Source: Leptospira sp. (GTDB taxonomy: Bacteria; Spirochaetota; Leptospiria; Leptospirales; Leptospiraceae). Taken from it: 64,000 bases of DNA. The translations under genes and the position numbers were made by a program. Below the pieces are notes generated by a model. It was not told the origin of the DNA. It was given only the letters and a program-made list of their open reading frames with translations, and did no database searches. Each line of letters starts with the position of its first letter. Position 1 is the first letter of the stretch. Positions 20,770 through 31,293 of the stretch are shown piece by piece. The DNA is taken from assembly GCA_034439575.1 (NCBI GenBank), contig JAWXAQ010000016.1, forward strand, positions 299,500 through 363,499, read 5' to 3'.

Positions 20770-21100
20770 CCATTCCACCTTGGGCAGGGAAAAAAAGTCT
20801 AGTTAGGTGAAACCTTTCTAAATAATGATATGTAGAATAGGGCAGACCAACGAGAACCAATACTCTTTTTTTTGCCCTTAGATCCCTTGCCAATGCGACA
20901 ATTTGATTTATAAAAATAAGTGGAAGGGATTTTAAATTTGAAACATCCAGTTGGATATGGGATCGTGTTTGAAAAAAGAGCATCCCTATAATGGAATGGA
21001 CTTCGTCATCTAACTCTTGCGAAAATTCTTTGCTATGAATTTGTATCTCGTAGGCGTTTTGAATTTCCTGCAAGGTAAGGTGTTTCATTTTTTTCGCCAT
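20690..21100 (-). CDS. STAS-like (anti-sigma antagonist fold) protein
   Basis: IQLDVSNLKSL..LVLVGL....YLERFHL..LF pattern. The phospho-Ser motif is not evident. Confidence 0.6.
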   Translation of the reverse strand: MAKKMKHLTLQEIQNAYEIQIHSKEFSQELDDEVHSIIGMLFFQTRSHIQLDVSNLKSLPLIFINQIVALARDLRAKKRVLVLVGLPYSTYHYLERFHLTRLFFPAQGGMVRKKFVNPLRAKGEFPIESQARLTKA

Positions 21101-21112
21101 AGATAAATAATT

Positions 21113-22093
21113 ATGAAAGCTCTCTCAAAAGAAACACAAATTTTAAGACCCCATTTTTTGAAATTCACTCGTGAATTTCTCTCTAGCAACAATTTTCTAG
21201 AAATTGATACGCCCATTATGAAACCTATTGTCGGGATGGAACCATACCTTGATCCCTTTTTGGTGCAGTCCCCGAATGGAAAAGAGAAAGGGTATTTGAT
21301 CACCTCACCAGAATATTCTCTCAAACAATCACTTGCATCAGGCCTAAATAAAATTTATGAAATCACGCATACATTTCGTTCTGGCGAAGAGGGAAGTCCT
21401 TATCATTCACGTGAATTTTTAATGTTAGAACTTTATGTGAGAGGTGCTGATGATAAAGCTTTGATGAAACTCATCCAAGAATATTTCCTGCATATGATTG
21501 ATTCTTTTTCTAAATTTAAATTAAAAGGTTTTCAATTTCATTTACCAAGTGAAAAGAAAGTTTTCAAATTTGTCAGCGTAAAACAAGAGTTTATCGAATG
21601 TACAGGAAAAGACTTTTCGCTTGATGCCCTCTTGTATTTAATTCATGCGCACCGATTGACACAAATTCCTGAAGAAGAATTGAAGTTATGGCCGTATGAA
21701 GATTTATTTTTTTTGGTTTTTTTAAATTTAGTTGAACCAAAATTAGGTGAAGGTATCGTATTTTTATACGACTATCCGAAGGAACTTGCGGCATTAGCCA
21801 GAGTTGAAGACGGATTTGCTAAACGCTTTGAAATTTATTGGGGTGGGCTAGAAATTGCGAATGCCTTTTTTGAACTAAGGAATCCCGCCGAACAACGTGC
21901 TCGTTTTGTGGCAGAACAAAAATTGCGCCAAACTTTGGGTAAGGAAGTATTTGCTATGGATGAGGACTTTTTAGCCGTATTAGAAAATGGAAGTTTTCCT
22001 GATGCCTCTGGAATCTCCCTTGGTTTGGACCGCATTTTTTTGAAATTATTGGGCAAAAACCATTTATCGGGACTTAGCCCTTACTATGAATGA
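21113..22093 (+). CDS. epmA: EF-P lysine aminoacylase (class II LysRS catalytic domain only)
   Basis: TSPEY.LK, FR.GE..H..EF.MLE, RFEIY..G.EIANAF.EL, SG..LGLDR; no anticodon-binding domain. Confidence 0.9.
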   Translation: MKALSKETQILRPHFLKFTREFLSSNNFLEIDTPIMKPIVGMEPYLDPFLVQSPNGKEKGYLITSPEYSLKQSLASGLNKIYEITHTFRSGEEGSPYHSREFLMLELYVRGADDKALMKLIQEYFLHMIDSFSKFKLKGFQFHLPSEKKVFKFVSVKQEFIECTGKDFSLDALLYLIHAHRLTQIPEEELKLWPYEDLFFLVFLNLVEPKLGEGIVFLYDYPKELAALARVEDGFAKRFEIYWGGLEIANAFFELRNPAEQRARFVAEQKLRQTLGKEVFAMDEDFLAVLENGSFPDASGISLGLDRIFLKLLGKNHLSGLSPYYE

Positions 22094-22151
22094 GTGATTT
22101 TTTTTGAAGAATCACTAGACAATTATTCCATATGAGTTAGTTTGATTGCCT

Positions 22152-22739
22152 ATGAAACAGATCCTAAGTAGTTTAATTGCCATTTTATTTGTCGGCGGAC
22201 TCTCCGCACAAAATTTGACACCGAGACCAGAAGTTACGTTTTCAAGCGTCCCTCAATCGATGGCCGATTTTGAAGCATTGCAAACTAGTTTAAGTAGCAC
22301 GCCCGAAGGAGCCGTCGCCGTTGTTGTGATGGCGATACATCTTTATGGAAAAGATACAACTATGGGAAACCATGCGCTTGTTACATCCATTCTTAAAAAA
22401 AATCGTTCACGCTCCACAAAACCTACTGCTTATAAGGGTGAGGATTTAGGGAATGGGGATCGTTTCCTCGTCGGCCAATTGGATAAATATAAAATGTTGG
22501 CAAATGGTTATTTTAAAGGTGCAGAGCCAGCTAACGGCTACACACCTTCAAATCCCCTGACTGTTGAGACGTTTACAAATCCTTATTCAGGCGAAGAGTC
22601 TTCTGGAAAAATTAAACTTTTTGTCGCCACACGTGGTGCCTCTAGTTTTCGTCCTGTGACAGTCGAAAAAGAATCGGATGGGGTGTGGCGAGTTAAAGAA
22701 TTTAGTTCACTCTGTGTTGGTATGATGCCCGCAAAATAA
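22152..22739 (+). CDS. Hypothetical exported protein
   Basis: Signal peptide MKQILSS..LSAQ; TPEGA and RPV..G.W.VKEFSSL pattern. Start placed at ATG 22152. Confidence 0.7.
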   Translation: MKQILSSLIAILFVGGLSAQNLTPRPEVTFSSVPQSMADFEALQTSLSSTPEGAVAVVVMAIHLYGKDTTMGNHALVTSILKKNRSRSTKPTAYKGEDLGNGDRFLVGQLDKYKMLANGYFKGAEPANGYTPSNPLTVETFTNPYSGEESSGKIKLFVATRGASSFRPVTVEKESDGVWRVKEFSSLCVGMMPAK

Positions 22740-22753
22740 AGAACGGAAATTCA

Positions 22754-23779
22754 TCACCATGCGATAGTTACTTTCCCGAAGTGTTTTCCACTTTGCAAAT
22801 AGGCAAAAGCTTCGGGAACAGTATCCCAATCAAAAATTTTATCAACGACAGGCTTCATTTTGTTATGTGAAATCGCCTGGTTCATATTTTCAAAATCGAA
22901 CCTGCTTCCGACTATCACCCCTTGCACTTTGACACCTTGCATAAGGATGGGATATAAGGAAAGGTTGGATTCACCGCCCGCAAGTACGCCGATAAGTGCA
23001 ATGGTTCCATACGGTTTTATTGACATCATGGACTTTGGCATGGTTCCCGCTCCGCCCACTTCTATGATTAGGTCTGCTCCTTTCATATCTGTGAATCTAC
23101 GAATTTCTCTTTCCCAATTTGTTTTTTTGGAATAATTGATAAGTTCATCGGCACCAAGTGCCTTTCCTCTTTCTAGTTTTTCATCGCTAGAAGAAGTGAG
23201 AATCACACGCGCACCCATCATCTTAGCAAATTGCAATGCGAATAGTGAGACTCCTCCTGTACCTAGTGTAACAACTGTACTGCCAGGTTGGATCCCTCCA
23301 AATGTGACAACTGCATTATAAGAAGTAAGACCTGCGCAACCTAGAGTAGCCGCTTCTGCATCGCTTAGGTGGCTTGGAGTTGATACTAATCCGTCTTGGT
23401 GAAAAGTAGAATACTCCATTAAACAACCGTCATTTGGTCCACCAAGTGTAGACCTGAGGCTATTCATATCGGGTGGACCTGCTAACCATTTTTGTGCGAA
23501 TATAGGGATCACTCGGTCACCAACTTTCCATTTACTGACATTTTTGCCAATGGCCGTAACAACTCCCGCTCCATCGGAACAAGGAACAAGGGGCAACTTC
23601 TGTCTAGGATTGTATTTACCAATCACCATCAAATAGTCTCTGTAATTCAAGGAAGTAGCGGTTAGGCGAACTAAAACATCCTCATCTTTGATATTCTCAG
23701 GTATCGGTCTCTTGTTTACTTTTAAATTTTCTAATCCAAAGGATCCTTGGATTTCCCACACTCTGTTTGTATCTGCCAT
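22754..23779 (-). CDS. Medium-chain (alcohol dehydrogenase/quinone reductase-type) NAD(P)-dependent oxidoreductase
   Basis: SLNYRD, P.SDGAG.V, GTGGVS, HFGKV motifs. Confidence 0.92.
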   Translation of the reverse strand: MADTNRVWEIQGSFGLENLKVNKRPIPENIKDEDVLVRLTATSLNYRDYLMVIGKYNPRQKLPLVPCSDGAGVVTAIGKNVSKWKVGDRVIPIFAQKWLAGPPDMNSLRSTLGGPNDGCLMEYSTFHQDGLVSTPSHLSDAEAATLGCAGLTSYNAVVTFGGIQPGSTVVTLGTGGVSLFALQFAKMMGARVILTSSSDEKLERGKALGADELINYSKKTNWEREIRRFTDMKGADLIIEVGGAGTMPKSMMSIKPYGTIALIGVLAGGESNLSLYPILMQGVKVQGVIVGSRFDFENMNQAISHNKMKPVVDKIFDWDTVPEAFAYLQSGKHFGKVTIAW

Positions 23780-23839
23780 TTTGTAACCTTATAAAAATTT
23801 CACTCGTCAGAGGATGCGAAAGTTTCATCGTATGTCGAG

Positions 23840-24667
23840 TTGCTTTCACTGCAATCGGGGGATCGTTTGAAAGATTTTTGGAACAGTAAGGTAGTTTTGA
23901 TCACTGGTGCTTCAAGTGGGATTGGCGCCTCTCTTGTAGTAGAATTGTCCAAGTATCCGATTACCATCATTGCTATGGCGAGACGTGCCGCGGAAGTCGC
24001 TCTACCTCGTGATGCAAATTTGAATGCAAAATTAATTTCTATCGCGGTAGATTTTTTAGATCCAAGTTCGATTGAAGATGCGATTGCTCTTATCCCAAAA
24101 GAGATCGATGGCATTGATGTTATCTTTAATAATGCGGGCATCACTGCACATGGAAGATTCGATGAGTTGCAAATGGATGTTTATAGAAAAACATTTGCTA
24201 CAAATTTTTTCGGCCCAGTGCAATTGATCCAAGGCTTGATGACTCGTTTGAAAAAAAGTAAGGGGCGGGTGGTGACTACATCCACAGTCTCGGCACTGTA
24301 TGGAATTCCAGGGAGGGCGGCATATTCAGCATCCAAGTCAGCTTTACATGCGGCTATGGAATCCATGCGAATTGAATTATCTGAATTTGGAATTGGATCC
24401 GTTTTGGTTTGTGTACCTTATACGGAAACGCCACTTCGCAAATCAGGTCTCGGTGCTGATGGAAATATTTTAGATGAAGGCCAAGCAAATCGAAAGTTAA
24501 AAACACCAACAGAGGTCGCAAGATTGTTAATGAAGGCAGCTACCAATCAAAATGATAGGTTAGTCACGATTGATTTTACTGGTTTTTTTGTTAAATGGAT
24601 GCGAAATTTCGCACCTGGAAGTTTAGAAAAAATTCTTTTTAAAAAACTTTATCACGACTTTCATTAA
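23840..24667 (+). CDS. Short-chain dehydrogenase/reductase
   Basis: TGASSGIG, NNAG, YSASK. Confidence 0.92.
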   Translation: MLSLQSGDRLKDFWNSKVVLITGASSGIGASLVVELSKYPITIIAMARRAAEVALPRDANLNAKLISIAVDFLDPSSIEDAIALIPKEIDGIDVIFNNAGITAHGRFDELQMDVYRKTFATNFFGPVQLIQGLMTRLKKSKGRVVTTSTVSALYGIPGRAAYSASKSALHAAMESMRIELSEFGIGSVLVCVPYTETPLRKSGLGADGNILDEGQANRKLKTPTEVARLLMKAATNQNDRLVTIDFTGFFVKWMRNFAPGSLEKILFKKLYHDFH

Positions 24668-24701
24668 TTTCCAACTGTCTAAAACTTCGATAGAGGGAAA
24701 A

Positions 24702-25520
24702 TTGGAATTCTTAAATCCGCCTTATTTAGCAACCGTTATCTTTGCATTTCTTTTCATGACTCTTATGTGGTATTGGGGTAAGTCTAGAAATAATTATGCT
24801 GTGATCGATGTGGGTTGGGGGCTTGTTATTGCCGGGATCTTTTCCGTTTATATGATTCTTGGTAATGCCAATTTGTATGCCAAGTTTGCACTTCTCATTC
24901 CAGTTTGGATTTGGGCATTACGTTTGTCTGGATTTTTATATTTTACTCGCATTCGAACAAACCATCCGGAAGACAAACGTTATGCGAACTTTCGAAAAGA
25001 CTATGGTGACAAAGTACATCAAAAGTTTTTTACGAATGTATTTCTATTACAAGGATTCCTCGCTCTTTTATTATCAGGGCCTGCGATATCGGCCTCGTCT
25101 TGGAATTTAAAAATCAAAGATGGATTAGGTTCTATTTTACCAATTATGATAGGATGGGCATTTGTTTTGATCGGTATCATTGGTGAAACAGTTAGCGACA
25201 ACCAATTGCACAAGTTTGTCGGCAATCAAAATAATAAAGGAAAAGTATGTGATATCGGTTTATGGAAATACTCACGCCATCCAAATTATTTTTTTGAATG
25301 GGTGATTTGGCTAGGGATAGGAATGATTCCACTTCGGGATTATATTTCTTTAATTAGTTTATTTAGTCCTTTAGTCATGTTTGTGCTATTAAGATTTGTT
25401 TCTGGAGTGCCTTTTGCTGAAAAGTATTCCTTAAAATCCAAAGGTGAATTATTTGTAAAATATCAAAAAACCACAAATGCATTTTTCCCTTGGTTTCCAA
25501 AATCAATTTCCAATGTTTAA
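24702..25520 (+). CDS. DUF1295 membrane protein (steroid 5-alpha-reductase-like)
   Basis: D..WG, W..RL, EDKRY, D.QL..F, GLWKYSRHPNYFFE motifs. Confidence 0.9.
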   Translation: MEFLNPPYLATVIFAFLFMTLMWYWGKSRNNYAVIDVGWGLVIAGIFSVYMILGNANLYAKFALLIPVWIWALRLSGFLYFTRIRTNHPEDKRYANFRKDYGDKVHQKFFTNVFLLQGFLALLLSGPAISASSWNLKIKDGLGSILPIMIGWAFVLIGIIGETVSDNQLHKFVGNQNNKGKVCDIGLWKYSRHPNYFFEWVIWLGIGMIPLRDYISLISLFSPLVMFVLLRFVSGVPFAEKYSLKSKGELFVKYQKTTNAFFPWFPKSISNV

Positions 25521-25565
25521 TTATTATAAATAATTTCGTATATTATAAAATACAAGAGTTCCATT

Positions 25566-26594
25566 ATGAATATAAATTCCCTATTAGAAAAAAATATTTT
25601 TCCAGATTGGCTGATTCGTTTTCGAATTAGGCAATTATTAAACTTAAGACTCAAACAAGAGACCAAAGAAAGTGCCGAATTGCAATTACAACATAAATTG
25701 GATTATGTACGATCTTTGAAATCTAGCCCAATTGCCGTTCATACCAAAGATGCCAATGAACAACATTATGAAGTTCCGAGTGAATTTTTTACGTATGTAA
25801 TGGGCCCAAGAATGAAATATTCATCGGGGTATTGGCCTTCGGCTGATACAACTTTCGCGGAATCGGAAGAAGTAATGTTGCGACTAACGGTGGAGCGTGC
25901 TGAAATTAAAAATGGAATGAAGGTTTTAGATTTAGGCTGCGGTTGGGGATCTATATCTTTATATGTCGCTGAAAAATTTCCCAAATGTAAAGTCTTTGGT
26001 GTCTCAAATTCCCGCACTCAAAAAGAATTTATTGATTCACGAGCAAAAGAAAAAGGATTAAAAAACCTAACTATAATTACACAAGATATGAATGATTTTT
26101 CTATCAAAGAAAAATTTGATAGAATCATTTCTGTCGAAATGTTAGAGCATATGAAAAATTATGAAAAATTATTTGAAAAGTTATCGAAGGTTTTGGATAC
26201 CGATGGTAAATTTTTTGTTCATATTTTTACACACAATACTTTTGCCTATCCATTTGAAGTGATAGATGAAACAGATTGGATGGCAAAGTATTTTTTCACT
26301 GGTGGACAAATGCCTTCTGACGATTTGTTTTTATATTTCCAAAAAGATTTTTTAATTGAAAATCATTGGCGAGTCAACGGGACTCATTATGCAAAGACCA
26401 GCGAAGCATGGTATGAAAATCTTTTGAAACATCAAGAGCAAGTAATGTCCATACTTGCTAAAACTTATGGCGAGAAGGAGAAGACCAAATGGTTTGTCTA
26501 TTGGAAAGTTTTCTTTCTCGCCTGTGCAGAGTTATGGGGTTATCGAAATGGAGAGGAATGGTTTGTTAGCCATTATTTGTTTCGAAAACGCTGA
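25566..26594 (+). CDS. SAM-dependent methyltransferase, CFA-synthase/coclaurine N-methyltransferase-like
   Basis: ANEQHYEVP, KYSS, LDLGCGWG, SVEMLEH, FFTGG.MPS, HY.KT..W. Confidence 0.88.
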   Translation: MNINSLLEKNIFPDWLIRFRIRQLLNLRLKQETKESAELQLQHKLDYVRSLKSSPIAVHTKDANEQHYEVPSEFFTYVMGPRMKYSSGYWPSADTTFAESEEVMLRLTVERAEIKNGMKVLDLGCGWGSISLYVAEKFPKCKVFGVSNSRTQKEFIDSRAKEKGLKNLTIITQDMNDFSIKEKFDRIISVEMLEHMKNYEKLFEKLSKVLDTDGKFFVHIFTHNTFAYPFEVIDETDWMAKYFFTGGQMPSDDLFLYFQKDFLIENHWRVNGTHYAKTSEAWYENLLKHQEQVMSILAKTYGEKEKTKWFVYWKVFFLACAELWGYRNGEEWFVSHYLFRKR

Positions 26595-28117
26595 GGTTTG
26601 CCACCTTTAGAAGCAGGAGCAGATGACCCTTTACTGGTTCCTTTGTATCCGCCACCTGAAGAAGAAGAATTTGATCTTCCACCACCACCACTAGATCGGC
26701 CACCGCGACGTTCGCCACTGCTATTGCTTCTTCCACCAGTGCCACCGCGACGTTTTCCACCAGACGAGGGAGGATTCTCACTCCATTCTGTTGCAGTTTT
26801 TCCAATTTTTTCAGGTCCACTGATTTTTACTTTATCAAGGATCTGAGAAAGAATTTTTAGAGAGATAGATTTTTGATCTTCATCCTCGCAAAGTTTTGTG
26901 AACAGTGCTTCTGCATCTGGATTTATATCTGTTTCAAGGATTCTTGTTAAAAAATCTTCGTGTCTTTTTGCTTGCACATCTTTTTTAGTCGGAAGAGTCG
27001 CAATTGTTAATTCTGTACCAGAAGTTCCTTTTAATCTAGAGAGTGCTCTTGATTCGCGTGTTGTAACTAGCGTTATAGCTCTTCCTGATTTTCCAGCTCT
27101 ACCTGTTCTACCGATTCTGTGCGTATAACTTTCGCTATCGAATGGTAAATGAAAGTTAATCACTAATGCCAGATCTTTTACATCTAACCCGCGTGCGGCC
27201 ACATCTGTCGCTACGAGAATTTTAATTTGTCCACTATGTAGACTTTTTAAAACAGATTCTCTTTGCTTTTGGCTAAGATCCCCGTGTAATGCTTCAACAT
27301 GATAACCTTTAAATGCTAAATTAGTTTTTAAATCATCAGCTTCTTTTTTAGTTTTAGTAAAAATGATCGCTTTGAAAGGATTTTCAAAATCTAAAATTCT
27401 TACAACAGCATTGTCTCTTTCTTGTTCATCAATTATATAATAAACCTGTTCTATGTTTTTAGATGCTTTTTCGGTCACAGCAATCTTTACATGTGCAGGG
27501 TGATTTAAATATTTTCCAGCTAACTTCTTAATCGCATCTGGCATCGTTGCTGAGAAGAGAAGTGTTTGTCTTTCTTCTGGTAAGTGTGAGAAAATAGATT
27601 CGATATCTTCTAAAAATCCCATATCCAACATTTCATCTGCTTCATCCAAGATGATCATTTTTGGTTTAAAATTTTTAAACTCTTTTGTTTTCAAAAGATC
27701 AAGTAGGCGGCCAGGAGTTGCAACTGCTACTTGTGCACCTTTAGTCACTTGTGAAATTTGTTTGGAATAAGAAGCGCCGCCATAAATGGTGGTCGTCTTA
27801 ATTCCCATATTTTTTCCTAAACGGAAGAGCTCGTCAGATACTTGTAATGCGAGTTCGCGAGTTGGAGTGATTACCAAAACTTGCATACCATCATTCAATT
27901 TGATTCGATTGAGGCAAGGAAGGCCATATGCGGCTGTTTTTCCTGTGCCTGTTTGGGCTTGGGCGATCAGGTCTTTACCTTCGAGAACGAGGGGAATGGC
28001 TTGTCGTTGGATGGGGCTTGGAGTCAGGAAACCGGCGTCGGCGATTCCTGACAAGAGCTCGGGTCGAAATCCAAAAGATTGGAATTCGTTTTCCTGCTCG
28101 GAGTGGTTCGTAGTCAT
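26573..28117 (-). CDS. DEAD-box RNA helicase
   Basis: Q motif, AQTGTGKT, PTRELA, TPGRL, DEAD, SAT, HRIGRTGRAG; Gly/Ser/Arg-rich C-tail. Confidence 0.96.
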   Translation of the reverse strand: MTTNHSEQENEFQSFGFRPELLSGIADAGFLTPSPIQRQAIPLVLEGKDLIAQAQTGTGKTAAYGLPCLNRIKLNDGMQVLVITPTRELALQVSDELFRLGKNMGIKTTTIYGGASYSKQISQVTKGAQVAVATPGRLLDLLKTKEFKNFKPKMIILDEADEMLDMGFLEDIESIFSHLPEERQTLLFSATMPDAIKKLAGKYLNHPAHVKIAVTEKASKNIEQVYYIIDEQERDNAVVRILDFENPFKAIIFTKTKKEADDLKTNLAFKGYHVEALHGDLSQKQRESVLKSLHSGQIKILVATDVAARGLDVKDLALVINFHLPFDSESYTHRIGRTGRAGKSGRAITLVTTRESRALSRLKGTSGTELTIATLPTKKDVQAKRHEDFLTRILETDINPDAEALFTKLCEDEDQKSISLKILSQILDKVKISGPEKIGKTATEWSENPPSSGGKRRGGTGGRSNSSGERRGGRSSGGGGRSNSSSSGGGYKGTSKGSSAPASKGGKPQRFRNK

Positions 28118-28176
28118 GAGAAAAGGATACTATAAAAAAATGGCCTAGGAAAGAAAGTCAAAAATATCCCTATGAA

Positions 28177-29829
28177 CTAGGATTCAGATAGGATTGAATC
28201 TAATATCGAATAAAGTTCATTTTTTATATAAGGTTTTGGCAAAAAGTATTGGAAACCAGATTTTAGGATTTGAGATTTTTCTTCCGGCATACAGAGTCCC
28301 GTGCAAGCAATATGGATTCCTTTTTTACCAATTTCCCGTAATCGGAGAGAAAGCTCTGTGCCAATCATTCCTGGGATTTCAATATCCAAAAATAACAATT
28401 TGAAATCTTGGTTTGATGCTAATTTAAATGCCTCATTTCCGTCAGAAGTTTCAGTGACAATAAATCCCAAGCCATTCAAATAAGATTTTAATACAATACG
28501 ATTCATCTCATTATCATCTGAGATTAAAATAGGAACATTATTGAATTTCTCCTTCAAAACTTCCTTTGTCAAAATTGTTTCTTTGAGTATTTTCTCCGGT
28601 TCCGATGATCCGTATTTCAAAGGTAAGGTGACGATAAACTCTGTGCCAACTCCAAGAATAGATCTAACTTCTATTTTTCCGCCCATGGCTTCCGTTGCAA
28701 GTTTGACTATGGATAATCCAAGGCCTGAGCCTGAGATTTGGCAATCAGTTGGAGTAAACGTATTGTACTTTTGGAATAGGTTTGGAAGAACGTTTTTAGA
28801 TATCCCTGGCCCAGTATCATAAATACGAAGTATAATATTTGGAACATTTGGAGCAGTATCCAAAGAAATATGAATCCCAATCTTTCCGTGAGTGGTAAAT
28901 TTTACAGCGTTGGCTGTGAGATTCCAGATTATTTTTTCGAATTTTCTTTCATCGCCAATATAGAAATCTCTCACACCGTCTTCGATGGTAACTTCAAATG
29001 TAACACCTTTCTTTTTGGTTTCCATTTGATAAAATTCTTTTAATGGAATCATGGTTCGCTTAATAGAGAATAAATGGTTTTCAAGATTGATTTGATTTGA
29101 TTCCAATTGTGAAAGATATATTACATCATTGACAATTTTTAAAATAACTTCGCCCGAATTTTTAAATTGTTTTACGTAATCTATTTGTTCCTTGTTGAGT
29201 TCTGTCGCTTCAAGCATACTGGAAATGCCCATAAGAGAATTGAGTGGATTTCTAATATCATGACTAATTGCGGCTATAAAATCTCGTTTTGCTGCGTTAG
29301 CCTGAGTTGCATTTTCTCTTTCATTTTCAATGACTTTTAATACTTCTCGCATTTTTATTAAGTGTATCGTTTGTTTGGCGAGAAATTTCATCATTGATGA
29401 TTGTTCCGAAGTTAATGTTCGCGGAACGTGATCTATTACACAAAGTGTTCCTAAACGAAAATCGTCTTCCGTTTCCAATGGATAACCTGCATAAAAAACA
29501 ACATTGGGTTCTCCAACGACTAAGGGGTTATCAAAAAATCGATCATCCTTTCGTGAATCATTAATGATGAATGGTTCATTATTAAGAATTGCGTGCGCAC
29601 AAAATGCCACATTTCTATCAGTTTCTTTTACCTCAAGTCCGACCCTTGCTTTAAACCATTGTCTGTTTTCATCAATTAGGCTAACGAGCGCTATGGGAAC
29701 TCCACAAATATAAGATGCGAGTTTTGCGACATTGTCGAAAAGTTCCTCTTCTGTTGTATCCAAAATATCATAATATCTTAGTTTTTGTAATCTTTCGACT
29801 TCGTTTGGAGGTAGTGCAGCAGGTTTCAT
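28177..29829 (-). CDS. Cytoplasmic hybrid sensor kinase (GAF-HisKA-HATPase-REC)
   Basis: GAF (FCAHAI, FYAG.PL, GTLCVID), SHDIRNP, NAVKFT, DTGPG, GSGLGL, C-terminal receiver. Confidence 0.93.
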   Translation of the reverse strand: MKPAALPPNEVERLQKLRYYDILDTTEEELFDNVAKLASYICGVPIALVSLIDENRQWFKARVGLEVKETDRNVAFCAHAILNNEPFIINDSRKDDRFFDNPLVVGEPNVVFYAGYPLETEDDFRLGTLCVIDHVPRTLTSEQSSMMKFLAKQTIHLIKMREVLKVIENERENATQANAAKRDFIAAISHDIRNPLNSLMGISSMLEATELNKEQIDYVKQFKNSGEVILKIVNDVIYLSQLESNQINLENHLFSIKRTMIPLKEFYQMETKKKGVTFEVTIEDGVRDFYIGDERKFEKIIWNLTANAVKFTTHGKIGIHISLDTAPNVPNIILRIYDTGPGISKNVLPNLFQKYNTFTPTDCQISGSGLGLSIVKLATEAMGGKIEVRSILGVGTEFIVTLPLKYGSSEPEKILKETILTKEVLKEKFNNVPILISDDNEMNRIVLKSYLNGLGFIVTETSDGNEAFKLASNQDFKLLFLDIEIPGMIGTELSLRLREIGKKGIHIACTGLCMPEEKSQILKSGFQYFLPKPYIKNELYSILDSILSES

Positions 29830-29884
29830 TTAAAATACTCCAAGATTTGACGATTGGATTTTAAATACTCCAGTCTAATTAAAC

Positions 29885-30484
29885 ATGGAAAATAAATTTG
29901 TTAATAAAACTAGGTTTTTTCAATCTTCAATTTCAGTAATAATTATAGGATATTTGTTTTTTGGGTGTGGATTCTCTAAGAAATCTGAAACTCGATCGCT
30001 TGAGAAAATTCCAACAAATATTGATGTATCAAAAATAGAGAAAAAATTTGTAGTTCCAGACCCCACAAACCTTCACTCAAAATTATCTGATTTGGAATAT
30101 CGAGTGACTAGGGAAGATGAAACTGAACCACCATTTAAAAATCTATATTGGAACCATCATGAGGAAGGTATCTACGTCGATATCGTTTCTGGAGAGCCCT
30201 TATTTAGTTCCAGAGACAAATTTGAATCAGGAACTGGATGGCCTAGTTTCACTCGACCAATCGTTGCCAACTTCATAGTTCAAAAGAAAGATGACGCTTA
30301 TGGAATGACAAGGGTAGAGGTGAGAAGTAAGATTGGGGATTCCCATTTAGGACATGTTTTTGATGACGGACCACAACCGACAGGTCTACGTTATTGTATC
30401 AATTCTGCATCGCTTAGATTTATAGGAAAGGACGATTTAATGAAGTTTGGTTATGGGGAATTATTAAAGGATTTTGAAAAGTGA
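29885..30484 (+). CDS. msrB: Peptide-methionine (R)-S-oxide reductase with lipoprotein-like leader
   Basis: [31 protein letters not shown]-terminal ..LFFGC. Confidence 0.95.
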   Translation: MENKFVNKTRFFQSSISVIIIGYLFFGCGFSKKSETRSLEKIPTNIDVSKIEKKFVVPDPTNLHSKLSDLEYRVTREDETEPPFKNLYWNHHEEGIYVDIVSGEPLFSSRDKFESGTGWPSFTRPIVANFIVQKKDDAYGMTRVEVRSKIGDSHLGHVFDDGPQPTGLRYCINSASLRFIGKDDLMKFGYGELLKDFEK

Positions 30485-30507
30485 AAAGGATTTTGTGAAA
30501 GGTGTTT

Positions 30508-31290
30508 TTAGTAATTGAGTAAAAATTCTTCGTCCTTTCTAAGTGCAATGAGTTCATATTTAATCTCGAAAAGCTCGTCCCTATGTATTTCTTTTTTCCA
30601 TCGAGCTCTTTTTTTTAGATTATATAGGCGCAGTTGCAGTCTGAGCAATCCAATTACAGTATCATCAATCTCGTTTTTGTATAACGATTGAAATAAGGGT
30701 TCAAGTTGGCTTGGCACATCCATTTTGATTAATTCTACGGCCGTTAGGTCATGGATATTTTTTATTGCCCATAAATGTAAAGTGATGGTACAGATTCGTT
30801 CTAATTGAGAAATTTCTTCTTTGATTGTTTTGAAAGTTTGTTGTTTGAAAAAACGAATTCGTTTTTCGAGATAATTTGAAAGTTCTTGAATGGGAATATC
30901 TCGGTTTTTAATTTGATTCCATTCGCCTTGCAGTTGTTCCCAGATCGATTCTCCAAAAAAGATAGAGGCATTTTCCAATAATTGAATGGAGCCTGGTTCT
31001 TTGATTCGCATTCTAAGTTTCAGAGATTCGGAGTCGCCAGCAATCATATTCACAGGTGCTACGTCTTCGAGATGATTCAGTGCTTGGGAAACTGATTCAA
31101 TGAAACTAGGTTTCATTTGATCTGTGGAGTTTGCTAAAAGATAAAAGTTAAGATCTGAGTATTCGTTAAAATCTCCGCGTTCCCTAGATCCATAAAAAAG
31201 AATTTGAAAAGGTTTATGTGAACGAATTAATTCCAATTCATCCAAAACTTTAGCATATAAGTGGGGATTTAATGGCTCGAATTCAGACAT
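30508..31290 (-). CDS. Nucleotidyltransferase (MNT)-fold protein with C-terminal helical domain
   Basis: ILFYGSRERG....SDLN signature; helical C-terminal half. Confidence 0.75.
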   Translation of the reverse strand: MSEFEPLNPHLYAKVLDELELIRSHKPFQILFYGSRERGDFNEYSDLNFYLLANSTDQMKPSFIESVSQALNHLEDVAPVNMIAGDSESLKLRMRIKEPGSIQLLENASIFFGESIWEQLQGEWNQIKNRDIPIQELSNYLEKRIRFFKQQTFKTIKEEISQLERICTITLHLWAIKNIHDLTAVELIKMDVPSQLEPLFQSLYKNEIDDTVIGLLRLQLRLYNLKKRARWKKEIHRDELFEIKYELIALRKDEEFLLNY

Positions 31291-31293
31291 GTA

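Noticed and set aside
26573-26790. Low-complexity GC-rich repeat-like tract and overlapping ORFs 26566-26820 and 26598-26846
   Set aside because: Explained by the Gly/Ser/Arg-rich tail of the DEAD-box helicase.
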